Below are positions 8,319 through 18,043 of a stretch of 64,000 bases of DNA, one piece after another. A program made the position numbers and the translations under genes. The notes under the pieces were generated by a model, which did not search any database, had not been told where the DNA came from, and saw nothing but the letters and a program-made list of their open reading frames with translations. The DNA is from an uncultured bacterium. Its GTDB lineage: Bacteria; Eisenbacteria; RBG-16-71-46; CAIMUX01; WJJG01. Numbering within the stretch: position 1 is the stretch's first letter; each line of letters begins with the position of its first letter. Where the stretch lies: NCBI GenBank assembly GCA_964585945.1, contig CAZPGB010000006.1, positions 7,724-71,723 on the forward strand, given 5' to 3'.

Positions 8319-10474
8319 GCCGCCCGGTCGGGTTGCGACCGTGCGCCGGTCTTCGAGCGGGTCACGCGGGCCAGGTGCGTTTCCATCACCTCGCCCAGCT
8401 CACGGTGATCGACCGGCTTGGGAACGTAGGCGTCCATGCCCGCCGCCAGGCACCGCTCCCGATCGCCCTGCATGGCCAGGGCGGTCATCGCGATGATGAC
8501 GGCGCGAGGCGTCTCGCCCTCCAGGCGGCGGATGGCGCGCGCCGCCTCGAACCCGTCCATCTCGGGGAGCTGACAATCCATCAGGATGATGTCGTGCCGG
8601 TGTGACCGAAAGGCCTCCACGGCCTCGCGCCCGTCGGCGACGGTGTCGGGGCGGTAGCCCAGACGCTTCAGGATGCGCAGGGCCACTTTGCGGTTGATCG
8701 GATCGTCCTCCACCAACAGGACGCGCACGGCTCGGCGGCGAGTCTCGAACAGGCTGTGGCGGGTGATCAGGTCGCGACGGTGCGCCCGATCGGGTCCGCG
8801 CTGCTGGCGGCCGAAGCACTCCTCCAGGCAGGTGCGCAGGTGGCCGTGGCGGATCGGCTTGGTCAGGTAGGCGCTGGCTCCGATGCGCCGCGCCAGGGCG
8901 GCGTCCCCGCGCTGGCCGTTGGCGGTCAGCAGCACGACCGAGGTGCGGCAGAGTGCGGGGTCGGCCTTGATGGCGCGACAGAGATCGGCGCCGTTCATGC
9001 CGCTCAAGTGAAGCTCGACCAGCGCCAGGTCGAAGGCCCTCTCCTCGGTGCGGGACCCCTCCAGGGCCTGCAGGGCCGCCTCGGCCCCCTCCACGGGCAC
9101 GCTCTCGCAGCCCCACGACTGAAGCTGCAGATGCAGGATCTCGCGCGTGCCGGCATCGTCGTCCACGACCAGCACGCGCTTGCCGCGCGTGTCACCGCGC
9201 GCCACCTCCCGCCGCTGCACATCCGCGGGCTGCTTTGCCAGGCTCACCGTGAACCAGAACTCGCTGCCCTGTCCTTCCGCGCTCGTGAACCCCATCGCTC
9301 CGCCCATCATCTGGACCAGCCGCTGGCTGATGGCCAGGCCCAAGCCGGTGCCGCCGAACCTGCGCCCGGTGGATGCGTCGGCCTGGGAGAAGGACTGAAA
9401 AATCCGGCCGCGTCGCTCGGCGGGGATGCCGATCCCGGTGTCACGCACGATGAAGCGCACGACCTGTCGATCGTCGCGCTGATCGTCCAGACGTCCCTCG
9501 ACCGTCACGCGCCCGCGTTCGGTGAACTTGACGGCGTTGCCGACCAGGTTGATCAAGATCTGCCGCAGCCGACCCGGATCGCCGGTCAGGAAGGGATAGA
9601 CCTCGGGACGGATCACGCCGCTGAACGCCAGCCCCTTCTGCTCGGCCTTGTAGAGGAGGACGTCGAGGACCTCGTCCAGGGTCGCGCGAAGGTCGAAGTC
9701 GATCGACTCGAGATCCAATCTGCCGGCTTCGATCTTGGAGAAGTCGAGGATGTCGTTTACGAGCGCCAGCAGGGCGTCGCTCGAGGTCTGCAGGATCTCC
9801 GCGTATTCCCGTTGCTCCGGCGAGAGCTCGGTCTGCAGCAGCAGGCCGGTCATCCCGATGACGCCGTTGAGTGGGGTGCGGATCTCATGGCTCATGGCGG
9901 CGAGAAACTCGCCCTTGGCGCGACTGGCCTCGGCAGCCCTCTGCGCCTGACGCGTCGCCTGTTCGCGGGCCAAGCGCTCGGCGCGGACGATCCGTTCGGC
10001 CCGCAGGCGGTCGGCGCGCAGCAGCCGCTCGGCGCGGCAGGCCTCGGTTACGTCGGTGAAGGTGCCGGCCATCAGCACGCGGCCGGTCGGCGCGAACGAA
10101 AGGGGCTCGCCCCGGGTGGCAATCCGCCGCACCCGTCCGTCGGGCCGCAGCCAGCGGTGCTCGAGGCCGAAGGGCCGCCGATCCGCCCCGGCCCGCTCCA
10201 TGACGCGGCAGACCTCGGCCCGGTCCTCCGGGTGGACGAAGGCCTGGAAGCCTCCCCGCGTGCAGTCGAAGGCGTCGCCTGAGACCCCCAGCTTGCGTTG
10301 GGCCTGCTCGGACCAGGCCATGCGATCGCTGCCGGGGTCCCAGATCCACGCCCCGGCGTCTGCGGACCGCTCGCCGGCGGGTGCCGCCTCTTCCGGGCCG
10401 CGTCGGGTCTCGCCGGGAAGGTCTGGTCGAGCTCCTGGTTTCACGCGATGATGGTTCCTTGCGAATCCGGCCAC
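8315..10474 (-). CDS. Cytoplasmic hybrid sensor histidine kinase (PAS-HisKA-HATPase-REC-REC); start uncertain
   Basis: PAS (VHPEDR..RWLRPDG); H-box [11 protein letters not shown]; N-box [10 protein letters not shown]; G-boxes DTGIGI and GGTGLGL; two receiver domains. Confidence 0.9.
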   Translation of the reverse strand: MAGFARNHHRVKPGARPDLPGETRRGPEEAAPAGERSADAGAWIWDPGSDRMAWSEQAQRKLGVSGDAFDCTRGGFQAFVHPEDRAEVCRVMERAGADRRPFGLEHRWLRPDGRVRRIATRGEPLSFAPTGRVLMAGTFTDVTEACRAERLLRADRLRAERIVRAERLAREQATRQAQRAAEASRAKGEFLAAMSHEIRTPLNGVIGMTGLLLQTELSPEQREYAEILQTSSDALLALVNDILDFSKIEAGRLDLESIDFDLRATLDEVLDVLLYKAEQKGLAFSGVIRPEVYPFLTGDPGRLRQILINLVGNAVKFTERGRVTVEGRLDDQRDDRQVVRFIVRDTGIGIPAERRGRIFQSFSQADASTGRRFGGTGLGLAISQRLVQMMGGAMGFTSAEGQGSEFWFTVSLAKQPADVQRREVARGDTRGKRVLVVDDDAGTREILHLQLQSWGCESVPVEGAEAALQALEGSRTEERAFDLALVELHLSGMNGADLCRAIKADPALCRTSVVLLTANGQRGDAALARRIGASAYLTKPIRHGHLRTCLEECFGRQQRGPDRAHRRDLITRHSLFETRRRAVRVLLVEDDPINRKVALRILKRLGYRPDTVADGREAVEAFRSHRHDIILMDCQLPEMDGFEAARAIRRLEGETPRAVIIAMTALAMQGDRERCLAAGMDAYVPKPVDHRELGEVMETHLARVTRSKTGARSQPDRAA

Positions 10475-10655
10475 GAGCCCGAGGGCTCGAGGCGTTGCCG
10501 GTGGTGTCGCCCGGACGCTCCTGGTAGATCTAATCGTTGGGTTTGACTCTCATCGTGAGCCACACTTGCGGCGGGAGAGAATCGCTACGGCCGGTGTTCC
10601 ACGGTCGGAGGATCCGGGGGGACGGCCCCCATTGCCGGCGATGGAGGAGGAAGGC

Positions 10656-11798
10656 ATGCGGCGCATGTGGATACGGGCGCGGACAAAGCACGTACGGCTT
10701 ACCGCGTTCGCACTGTTGATGTTGGGACTGTCGTCCTGCGGCGGCGGCGACCGCGGGCGGGACGAGGCGGGCCAAGTGAAGACCGGGGAGGGCCATGTGG
10801 TGATGATTGCGGACCAGGAGGAACTCAGCCGCCGCCTGGCGGAGGCCGGGGACCAGCTCGTCCTGGTGGATCTGTATGCCGATTGGTGTGGCCCCTGCCG
10901 ATTGCTCTCGCCGGTGTTGGAGGAGATCGCGCGGGAGCGGGCCGACCAGGTGTCGGTCTTCAAGGTCAACGTCGATGAGAACCGCGAGCTGGCCCGGGCC
11001 TTTGGCGTGACCGGAATCCCCCTGGTCGTCTTCCTCAGGGGTGGCGAGCGCGTGCACGCCATCACGGGCGTTCATCCCAAGGCCACGTACCTGCGCGCAA
11101 TCGAGCGATTCGGCGCGGTGGCGCAGACTCCGGCGACCGAGACGCCCGATGGGGAGTTGATCGACGGCGTGCGCGTGATCCGCATTGGCTCGGGTGTCGA
11201 TCTGGGGCCGCTGCAGGTCTTCCGCGGGGAGACGGTGCGGCTGGTGGTCGAGGCGACCGGCTGGCCGTTCCAGCTCAGCATTCCAGCCTTCGACATCCTC
11301 GAACGGGCGCCGGAGGACCGGGCTCTCGAGGTGTCCTTCAAGACGGCGGAGGTGGGCGTCTTTCCGGTCTTCTGCAACGGTCGCTGTCCCGCGGGGGACG
11401 GCGCCCGCGTGGGGCAGATCGTGGTGGTGCCCCTGACCTCCGTTGGGGAGACGCGCTTCACGGAGCTGACGACCGAAGAAGCCCGGGCCCTGATCGCGCG
11501 CGACGATCCCCTGATTCTCGACGTGCGGACGCCCCAGGAGTTCTATTCCGGACACCTGGAGAAGGCGACCCTGATTCCGCTTCAGCAGTTGGAGCCAAGG
11601 GTGGAGGAGATCGAGGCGCACCGGGATCGCCCGGTGCTGCTCTACTGCCGCTCGGGCAACCGGAGCACGGTGGCCGCCGAGATCCTGATGCGCCACGGCT
11701 TCAAGGATCTGTACAACCTGCGCTATGGCATCCGCGATTGGATCCAGGAGGGCCACCCGGTGGTGGATGCCTCCGGATCGATGGCCGCGAAGTCCTAG
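10656..11798 (+). CDS. Lipoprotein fusion: thioredoxin + cupredoxin-like domain + rhodanese
   Basis: SD GGAGGAGG; lipobox LSSC; WCGPC; central GETVRL..GVFPVFCNGRCP..GQIVV; ILDVRTPQEF..GHL and YCRSGNRS. Confidence 0.82.
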   Translation: MRRMWIRARTKHVRLTAFALLMLGLSSCGGGDRGRDEAGQVKTGEGHVVMIADQEELSRRLAEAGDQLVLVDLYADWCGPCRLLSPVLEEIARERADQVSVFKVNVDENRELARAFGVTGIPLVVFLRGGERVHAITGVHPKATYLRAIERFGAVAQTPATETPDGELIDGVRVIRIGSGVDLGPLQVFRGETVRLVVEATGWPFQLSIPAFDILERAPEDRALEVSFKTAEVGVFPVFCNGRCPAGDGARVGQIVVVPLTSVGETRFTELTTEEARALIARDDPLILDVRTPQEFYSGHLEKATLIPLQQLEPRVEEIEAHRDRPVLLYCRSGNRSTVAAEILMRHGFKDLYNLRYGIRDWIQEGHPVVDASGSMAAKS

Positions 11799-11858
11799 CC
11801 ACAAGAGGCGGCGGCGCCCCTTGGCCCGGCGGGGCGTGACCGGCCTCCGATCCGCGGG

Positions 11859-12716
11859 TCAGCGTTGCCATCCGAACCGCTCCACCATGGTCCGGTAGCC
11901 GGGCTCGGATCCCTCCGGATAGCGCGCCTTCCAGCGCCGGTAGATCGCGCGCAAGCGGTCCGGAGAAGCATCCTCCTCCAGCAGGGGCGCCAGCGTCGAT
12001 AGGAGGAAGTCGGAGTCGGCATAGCTGAAGTAGGCCCACGAGAGAATGGGGCTCGCGCTCCAGCGCGCCTGATAGACGCGGTCGCCGTCGGACGCCAGCA
12101 TGGCGATCAGGTGCTGTTCACCGTCGATGAAGAGCGAGAGCCACTGCACCGCCCAGCGGCGCAGGAGATCGGCGCTGCTGCGGTTGAGGATCACGTCGAC
12201 CCCGCTCACGTCCGCGGGCTCGTAGACCTGCACCGCCAAGCGCACCCCGCGTCGAACCGCGGCGCGAATCTCATCCTCGAGCTGGCGCAAGGGCTCGGGA
12301 AAGAGATCCAGGAACCCGACCTCGCGGCTACCCCTCAGCATCTGCCGGCACCGGCTGTAGACCTGGTCCACCGTCTGCAACGCGTAGACCCGACTGTCGT
12401 CGGGTGAGCACCCCAGTTCCCGCACCGCTTCGGCCACCTGGGCCCGTTGCTCCTGAAACCGATGGGCCATCTGCTCGAGCAACTCATCCGGGGGAACCGC
12501 TCGGCACAGGCGGGCGTCTCCGTCGTCCACGAGGATGGCGCCCTTGGCCTGCAGGGAAGCCAGGGCTTTGTAGGTGTTCGTCTTCGACCGGCCGATCCCC
12601 TTGGAGATCTTGTAGCCGGTGGCAGGGGAGTGCTGGATGAGAAAGACGTAGATTTCGGCCTCGAGCTGGGTGAGCCCGATGTCGCGGAAGAGACGCACGC
12701 ATTCACTCGATCCCAT
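11859..12716 (-). CDS. TrmB-family transcriptional regulator (copy 1)
   Basis: IGLTQLEAEIYVFL..PATGYKISKGIG..YKALASLQAKG wHTH; C-terminal effector domain (LFIDGEQ); ATG 12716 aligns with the paralog. Confidence 0.85.
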   Translation of the reverse strand: MGSSECVRLFRDIGLTQLEAEIYVFLIQHSPATGYKISKGIGRSKTNTYKALASLQAKGAILVDDGDARLCRAVPPDELLEQMAHRFQEQRAQVAEAVRELGCSPDDSRVYALQTVDQVYSRCRQMLRGSREVGFLDLFPEPLRQLEDEIRAAVRRGVRLAVQVYEPADVSGVDVILNRSSADLLRRWAVQWLSLFIDGEQHLIAMLASDGDRVYQARWSASPILSWAYFSYADSDFLLSTLAPLLEEDASPDRLRAIYRRWKARYPEGSEPGYRTMVERFGWQR

Positions 12717-12929
12717 GGCGCTGCCCCTATCGGATGGTCTCACGGGTCGATGGGATTGCCAGCGCGAAGCCACGATGGTGGCGACTCTACACCGTGATGC
12801 GGTTGGCCAGAAGGGTGGAAGTGGAGGGGGAGGGAGCCGTCTCGACCAGAGATCGGCCGGCCGGGCGATTCCCGGCGTGGGCGCGACCCCGCGCTCACGC
12901 GACGTCCGCCGCGCGCACGGGGGGGGACG

Positions 12930-13286
12930 CTAGGAGTCCTCGACGTGGACGAACGGACGCAGCACACGGCCAATGCACTTCAGCATCCCGCCCATGCCCA
13001 GACCGTTGTCCAAGGGCTTGTAGGTGCACTCCACGCCGCCCAAGCGGACCCCCACCGTGGGTGTCGTGGCCCCGTCACCGCCTCCCAGCCCGCTGAGGGA
13101 CACCTCGCAGCCGGCGATCTCGAAGGTCACGCTCAAGCCCGGGCAGTCCGCCGCCGCAGCGTCCGCCGCCAGGATAGGGGAGGTCAGCAGCAGGATCGTC
13201 AGAATGCTACCGATCCAAACCGCCCTGCGCGCGGCCAGCCATCCGGCGACCCGGCCGCTTGTCGATCTGTCCGCCATGCGTTGCAT
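12930..13286 (-). CDS. Small exported hypothetical protein with four Cys
   Basis: SD GGAGAGGA; starts 14 nt after the upstream TrmB stop; hydrophobic signal/TM segment ending LAA-DAAAAD. Confidence 0.55.
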   Translation of the reverse strand: MQRMADRSTSGRVAGWLAARRAVWIGSILTILLLTSPILAADAAAADCPGLSVTFEIAGCEVSLSGLGGGDGATTPTVGVRLGGVECTYKPLDNGLGMGGMLKCIGRVLRPFVHVEDS

Positions 13287-13300
13287 CGTTTCCTCTCCGC

Positions 13301-14170
13301 TCACGTGGAATTCCCTGCACTGCCTGCGAAACGTTGCTGCATATCTCGAAAGCCGTTGGAAATGAAAGCCGGGAAGGCCTCCGTCCAATGGCGATACTCC
13401 TCGCGCATCTCGGCGCTGCCGGCGCCGGCCTCCATCAGGTTGACCAGATCATTGGCCAGCAGCGTCCACTTCGCGTAGCTGGCCTGGCCCCAGGAGAGCA
13501 GCAGGCTGGCCGTCCACACCCCCTGGTGCAATCGCTCCTCGCTGCGGTCGAGGGCGGCCAGCAGGCTTTCGCGCCCGTCGGTGAAGACCGACATCCAGGA
13601 GATGGGCAGCATCTGCTCGGTCTGCTCGCTGCCCACCGCCACCGTGGTGCGCACCCCCGGAATCTGCGTCGGCTCGTATGCCATCAGCAAGACGCGCACA
13701 CCCCGGGCCGCGGCCTTGCGGATGTCTTCCCGAAGCTGTGCGAGCGGTCCGGGAAACAGGTCCAGCACGGCGATCGAGCGGCACTCGGCCAACATGATCC
13801 GGGCGCGCTCGAAGACCTGGGCGGCCGTGGTCAGACGGTAGACGCGCTCGTCGCTCTCGGACGGGATCAGGTCGCGCAACGATGCGCTGGCTTCCTGCCG
13901 CTGCCGGCCGAAGTCGCGCTCCAACCGGTCGAGCAGCTCCTCGGGCGCAATCGCCCGGCATTGACGCCCTTCGGCGTCATCGACGACCACCGCGCCGCGG
14001 GCCTGGAGAGAGGCCAGGGTCTTGTAGGTCGCGCCCTGGGTACGGCCGATCGCCTTGGCGATCGCGTATCCGGTGGCGGGTGAGTGCTGCACGAGGTGAA
14101 CGTAAACCTCGGCCTCGACTCGCGTAAACCCTAGTTTTTCAATGGCTTTCACGCCCGCCTCGGTGCTCAA
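13301..14170 (-). CDS. TrmB-family transcriptional regulator (copy 2, TTG start)
   Basis: SD GGAGGAGG; LGFTRVEAEVYVHL..PATGYAIAKAIG; clear paralog of 11859..12716. Confidence 0.85.
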   Translation of the reverse strand: MSTEAGVKAIEKLGFTRVEAEVYVHLVQHSPATGYAIAKAIGRTQGATYKTLASLQARGAVVVDDAEGRQCRAIAPEELLDRLERDFGRQRQEASASLRDLIPSESDERVYRLTTAAQVFERARIMLAECRSIAVLDLFPGPLAQLREDIRKAAARGVRVLLMAYEPTQIPGVRTTVAVGSEQTEQMLPISWMSVFTDGRESLLAALDRSEERLHQGVWTASLLLSWGQASYAKWTLLANDLVNLMEAGAGSAEMREEYRHWTEAFPAFISNGFRDMQQRFAGSAGNST

Positions 14171-14213
14171 GCGCCTCCTCCGCGTCGGCGGCCCTCTCCG
14201 TTCCTGATGTTGC

Positions 14214-14259
14214 TACTCTACTAGTAGAATAGTATAGCGGGGGCCCGCGGAACTGTCCA
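14214..14259 (-). promoter_or_regulatory. Sigma70 promoter TGGACA-N17-TATACT with palindromic operator TCTACTAGTAGA just downstream of the -10
   Basis: -35 at 14254-14259, -10 at 14231-14236 (minus strand); perfect 12-bp palindrome at 14217-14228. Confidence 0.6.
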
Positions 14260-14516
14260 GCTATTCTTGTGACGGCTGAAAGGAGCCTTTCGTTCAATTG
14301 GACGACGCCCCAGGCTCGTTCTTCCGCGCGATTCTCTCGGCGGCCCTGCGTCTCGCGCCCCAGGCCGCGGACGGCCAGAGCCGCGTGGGCTGGGTCCCGA
14401 CGGTTTACGTCGAGGGTGCGCGCGGCTGGGTGCACGGGGGATCATCGCCACGCTGATGGACGAGGCCGTAGGCCTACGCCGCCCGCAGTCTCGCGCGCCG
14501 GAGGGGGGCCGGAAGA

Positions 14517-16703
14517 CTAGAACTGGATCCCCACGTAGTAGCCCGGCCACACGCGCACCCAGGTGCGGTCGCTCTTCTCGTCGTGCCAGAGGTCGCCGCC
14601 CACCAGGTCGCCGCCGTCGTTGCGCCGCGAGGTGAAGACGTTGACCGTGGCGCCGGCCGTGAGGGCCAGGCGCGGCGCGATCCGCCAGCCGAAGCCCACG
14701 CGGCCCTTGTTCAGCAAGTGCAGGTCGCGGTCGGATCGCTGGTCGCCCTCGCGCTCGTCCTCGAAGATGTAGTAGGAGAGCGCCTCCACCGTGCCGAAGA
14801 CCGACCCGCTCAGCGGCACGTGGGCGCCCCAGCCGAAACCGGCCAGCCACCGCTCGTTCTCTCCCGGTGACTCGACGCCCCCGGCGAAGATCGAGTAGAT
14901 GCTGCGGTTGCCGAGCTGCACGCCGACCATCGGGCCGCCGGCGTCGGTGTGCCACACGGCGGGGCGATGCCGTCCCCGTTGCACCAGGCTGAGCACCCCG
15001 ACCGGAGCGCCGGCGACATCTTGGGCGACGTTGAGGACGCCGATCTGCGCGCCCGAGACCGTGCGCGCCACATTGACCACGCCGATCTGCGCACCTTCGG
15101 CGTGGCCACTCACGTTGACGACGGAGAGCTGGAGTCCCCGCAAGGAAGGGGCGTAGTTGCCCAGCCCGCTGGCCTGCACGCCTTCGCAACGACCCAGGCT
15201 GATGCTGGCCAAGCCGGCCCCCTGGAAGAAGCCGACATCACCTTCCACGACGTTGAGCGCCCCCCACTGCATGCCCTGGAATGCGCCGCCGATGGAGTTG
15301 GCCAAACCCGCCCATTGGATCGCGCGCACATCCCCGCGGACACGGTTGATCAGACCCGAGAACTGCGCCCCTTCGAGGTCGCCCTCGACCAGATTGAGGC
15401 CGCCGGCGATCTGCAGGCCGTCGACGTTGCCCAGGTTCCAGTTGCCGACGTAGCCGATCTCGAAGCCGTTGACACCCGCGTTGCGTCCGAGGGTCAGATT
15501 GAGTGAGATGTCGCTCACGGTGCGCTCCGCCTCGGGCCCCGCGGTGCTCATGCCCGGCCACAGGCTGGCGGTGAAGTCTCGGTGAAGGACCTGGGTCTCC
15601 TCGATCGTTGCCTCGGGGGTGGGTGGGAACTCGCCGCGCGCGGCGGTCGCCTCGGGGGTCATCGGGATCAGATCGGCCATCTCCAGCCGCGTGAGCCCTT
15701 CCTCGGGCAGGTGGATCGCAGCGGTGTAGTAGCGACCGTCGTGGTCGAGAAAGACGCGGTAGTCGCCGGCATCCAAGCCCAGCTCGATGTGCCGTCCCTG
15801 GGGCTTGTGCAGCTCCACCACCAGAGCGTCCTGCGCGTCGCGCACGTGGAGGCGACCCTGCACCGATTCGGTCAGCACCAATCCGGCGCTGCTCGTGCGC
15901 AGATCGGTCATCACCAGATCGCCGGCGCCGACCATCTGGATGTCGTACCCGGGATGCTGGGGTCCGCTGAGCGTGCCCTCGGTGCGGGCGAGGGTGGTGT
16001 GAAAGGCGAACTGGTAAGCCTCGTTCAGCGTCACGCGCCGGTCCTGGGTGACGTCGGCCGCTCCGCGCAAACCGGTGACCAGGGCGTGGGTGAAGAAGCT
16101 GCCGCGGATGCGGTCCGATTCCTGCGCCGCCTCGTCGTGGGAGCTGGAGGTGAGGAACGCATGGCCCTTCATCTTGGCCGACGCGTCCATCAGAAACGGC
16201 GGTCGCCGGCGGCCCCCTTTCAGCCGCGTGAACGCGCCCGAGGCGCAGCTATCCAGGATGATGATCCGCACGTCGGCCGACACGGCGTTCACCGCCGCGC
16301 GCAAGTCGGTATAGGACAGGAGCTCCTCGCCCAGCCGCAATCCTTGGTCGTCGGAGTGTCCGGAGTAGTAGAGAATCAACTCCACGCGGCTGTGCTCTCG
16401 GGCGGCCGCGGCGATGCGGCCCTCGAGCTCGCCGAGCGACTGTCGCAGCGCCGCCGGTCCGGCGTCGAGCAGCAGCAGCCGGTCTTCGGGGTCGACGCCG
16501 CCCAGGTTCTCGAATACCCGCGCGACCGTCTGCGCGTCGGTGGCGGCGTAGTGCAGCGTGACCCGATTCGCCCCGCCGTCGTTGTTGCCCAGCGCCAGGA
16601 GGAAGCGGCGCACGGAGAAGACCTCGTCCTGTTCCTGGGCGCCGGCCGGCCCCCAGAGGGCCGCCCACAGCAGGGCCGACGCGATGCAGAGCAGACGCTT
16701 CAT
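14517..16703 (-). CDS. Exported caspase-like peptidase (C14) fused to LA_2272-like repeats and a probable C-terminal outer-membrane beta domain
   Basis: Signal peptide AGA-Q; catalytic His (YYSGHS) and Cys (ILDSCASG); AQESDRIRGSFFTHAL; GLQ/GAQIGVVNVA repeats; ends YYVGIQF. Confidence 0.88.
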   Translation of the reverse strand: MKRLLCIASALLWAALWGPAGAQEQDEVFSVRRFLLALGNNDGGANRVTLHYAATDAQTVARVFENLGGVDPEDRLLLLDAGPAALRQSLGELEGRIAAAAREHSRVELILYYSGHSDDQGLRLGEELLSYTDLRAAVNAVSADVRIIILDSCASGAFTRLKGGRRRPPFLMDASAKMKGHAFLTSSSHDEAAQESDRIRGSFFTHALVTGLRGAADVTQDRRVTLNEAYQFAFHTTLARTEGTLSGPQHPGYDIQMVGAGDLVMTDLRTSSAGLVLTESVQGRLHVRDAQDALVVELHKPQGRHIELGLDAGDYRVFLDHDGRYYTAAIHLPEEGLTRLEMADLIPMTPEATAARGEFPPTPEATIEETQVLHRDFTASLWPGMSTAGPEAERTVSDISLNLTLGRNAGVNGFEIGYVGNWNLGNVDGLQIAGGLNLVEGDLEGAQFSGLINRVRGDVRAIQWAGLANSIGGAFQGMQWGALNVVEGDVGFFQGAGLASISLGRCEGVQASGLGNYAPSLRGLQLSVVNVSGHAEGAQIGVVNVARTVSGAQIGVLNVAQDVAGAPVGVLSLVQRGRHRPAVWHTDAGGPMVGVQLGNRSIYSIFAGGVESPGENERWLAGFGWGAHVPLSGSVFGTVEALSYYIFEDEREGDQRSDRDLHLLNKGRVGFGWRIAPRLALTAGATVNVFTSRRNDGGDLVGGDLWHDEKSDRTWVRVWPGYYVGIQF

Positions 16704-17533
16704 GGGCGCGACTCCTTCTTGCGGAGTATCCGGGCGTGTTGGTCGAGGCCGTCGGGCAGCGCGAGCAGATCGTGGGCCGCCCGCTCGGGTGATCGGGCCA
16801 GCTCCCGCGCGGCGGCCAGCACGGCGGCCGCGTCGATCGGACCCTCGGATGTGATCAGAAAGAAGCGCTCGAAGTCGGGCGCATCGTCCAGTTCGTAGGC
16901 ATGGGGCAGAAGCTGCTCGCCGCCCTCGGCGAGCTGGGTCGACCCCCGGGCGGTGGCGGGGAAGTGAAGCACCACCTCGCCCCGGCCGTCGATCGAGAGG
17001 ATCACCGCGTGGCGCGCCGCCAGCGGCACGACGCCGAGCTGCAGCACATCGCCCGCGCGGGCGACGTCCCCATCGGCCAGGGCGTCGAACCCTTCGCCGG
17101 CGCGGCGGTAGAGCCGCAGATGGGTCTCGCCCTTGGCACGGGTCGTCTCGGTCGCGGTTGCGGCGACGGAAGGCGCCTCCGGGACCGGCGGCGTCCGATC
17201 CGGTCGCACCACCAGCAGCAGCAGGACGGCCGCCGCGGCCACGGCCGGCGCCAGCAGCATCCAGCGGGGCGCCTGTCGCGCGGGAGCCGGACCTTCGGCG
17301 GCAGGCGCCGCATCGGCGGCATCGACCCGGCGGGTGACCTCGGCCGCGAAGACCTCGGGCGGCGTGGCCTCCAGGATCTCCTCGTTCGACCGGTGCAGCG
17401 ACTCGAAGCGCTCGCGCAACCGCCGGTCGGTCCGCAAGCGATGAGCCAGCGCCTCCTGCTCGTCCGGCGGCAGCTCCCCCAGCGCATACAGCTCCAGCAG
17501 ATAGGTGGGGACGGCGTTGGGCGCATCGGTCAT
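16700..17533 (-). CDS. Single-pass membrane anti-sigma factor-like protein (ActD-like, periplasmic DUF4384-like domain)
   Basis: N-terminal LELYALGELPPDE helix; TM WMLLAPAVAAAAVLLLLVV; TRAKG; GDVLQL..SIDGRG..HFP..YELDDAPDFERFF; ATGA overlaps on both sides. Confidence 0.78.
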   Translation of the reverse strand: MTDAPNAVPTYLLELYALGELPPDEQEALAHRLRTDRRLRERFESLHRSNEEILEATPPEVFAAEVTRRVDAADAAPAAEGPAPARQAPRWMLLAPAVAAAAVLLLLVVRPDRTPPVPEAPSVAATATETTRAKGETHLRLYRRAGEGFDALADGDVARAGDVLQLGVVPLAARHAVILSIDGRGEVVLHFPATARGSTQLAEGGEQLLPHAYELDDAPDFERFFLITSEGPIDAAAVLAAARELARSPERAAHDLLALPDGLDQHARILRKKESRP

Positions 17534-18015
17534 GATCCTGCTCCTTCCATCTCGAGCGCCCGGGCGCGCAGCATGCGGAGGCGCTTGCGCACGCCCGACA
17601 CCGAGAGACCCACTTCCCGCGCCACCTGCTCGAGCGTCAGGCCGTCGCGGTAGTGCAGCACGGCGATGAGCCGCGTCGAGGGTCGCTCGCGGCGGAAGAT
17701 CCGATCCAGGCGCAGGCTGGCGAAGATGCCCGCCTCGCTGTCGGAGGCGCAGGCGATGCGCTGGAGCAGCGCGTCGTCGGCGTCTTCAGGATGCCGGCGC
17801 TGAGAGCGCAAGATGTTCAGGCACACATGGGTCGCCATCCGCATCAGCAGTCCCGCCGGCGCGCTGTCGGTCAGGCGGTCCTGGTTGCGCACGAGCTGGA
17901 CGAACACGTCCTGCGCTGCTTCCATCGCCCTCTCCTCGTTGCGCAGCATCTCCCGGCAACGGCGGACCACCATCGGCCCGTAGCGCCGGTACCATGCCTC
18001 GACATCGATCGGCAC
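17530..18015 (-). CDS. ECF RNA polymerase sigma factor
   Basis: SD AGGAGGGAGG + GTG; region 2 AQDVFVQL; region 4 HYRDGLTLEQVAREVGLSVSGVRKRL; 161 aa. Confidence 0.9.
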   Translation of the reverse strand: MPIDVEAWYRRYGPMVVRRCREMLRNEERAMEAAQDVFVQLVRNQDRLTDSAPAGLLMRMATHVCLNILRSQRRHPEDADDALLQRIACASDSEAGIFASLRLDRIFRRERPSTRLIAVLHYRDGLTLEQVAREVGLSVSGVRKRLRMLRARALEMEGAGS

Positions 18016-18043
18016 CGCACCTCCCTCCTGCGACTACCCCCGA

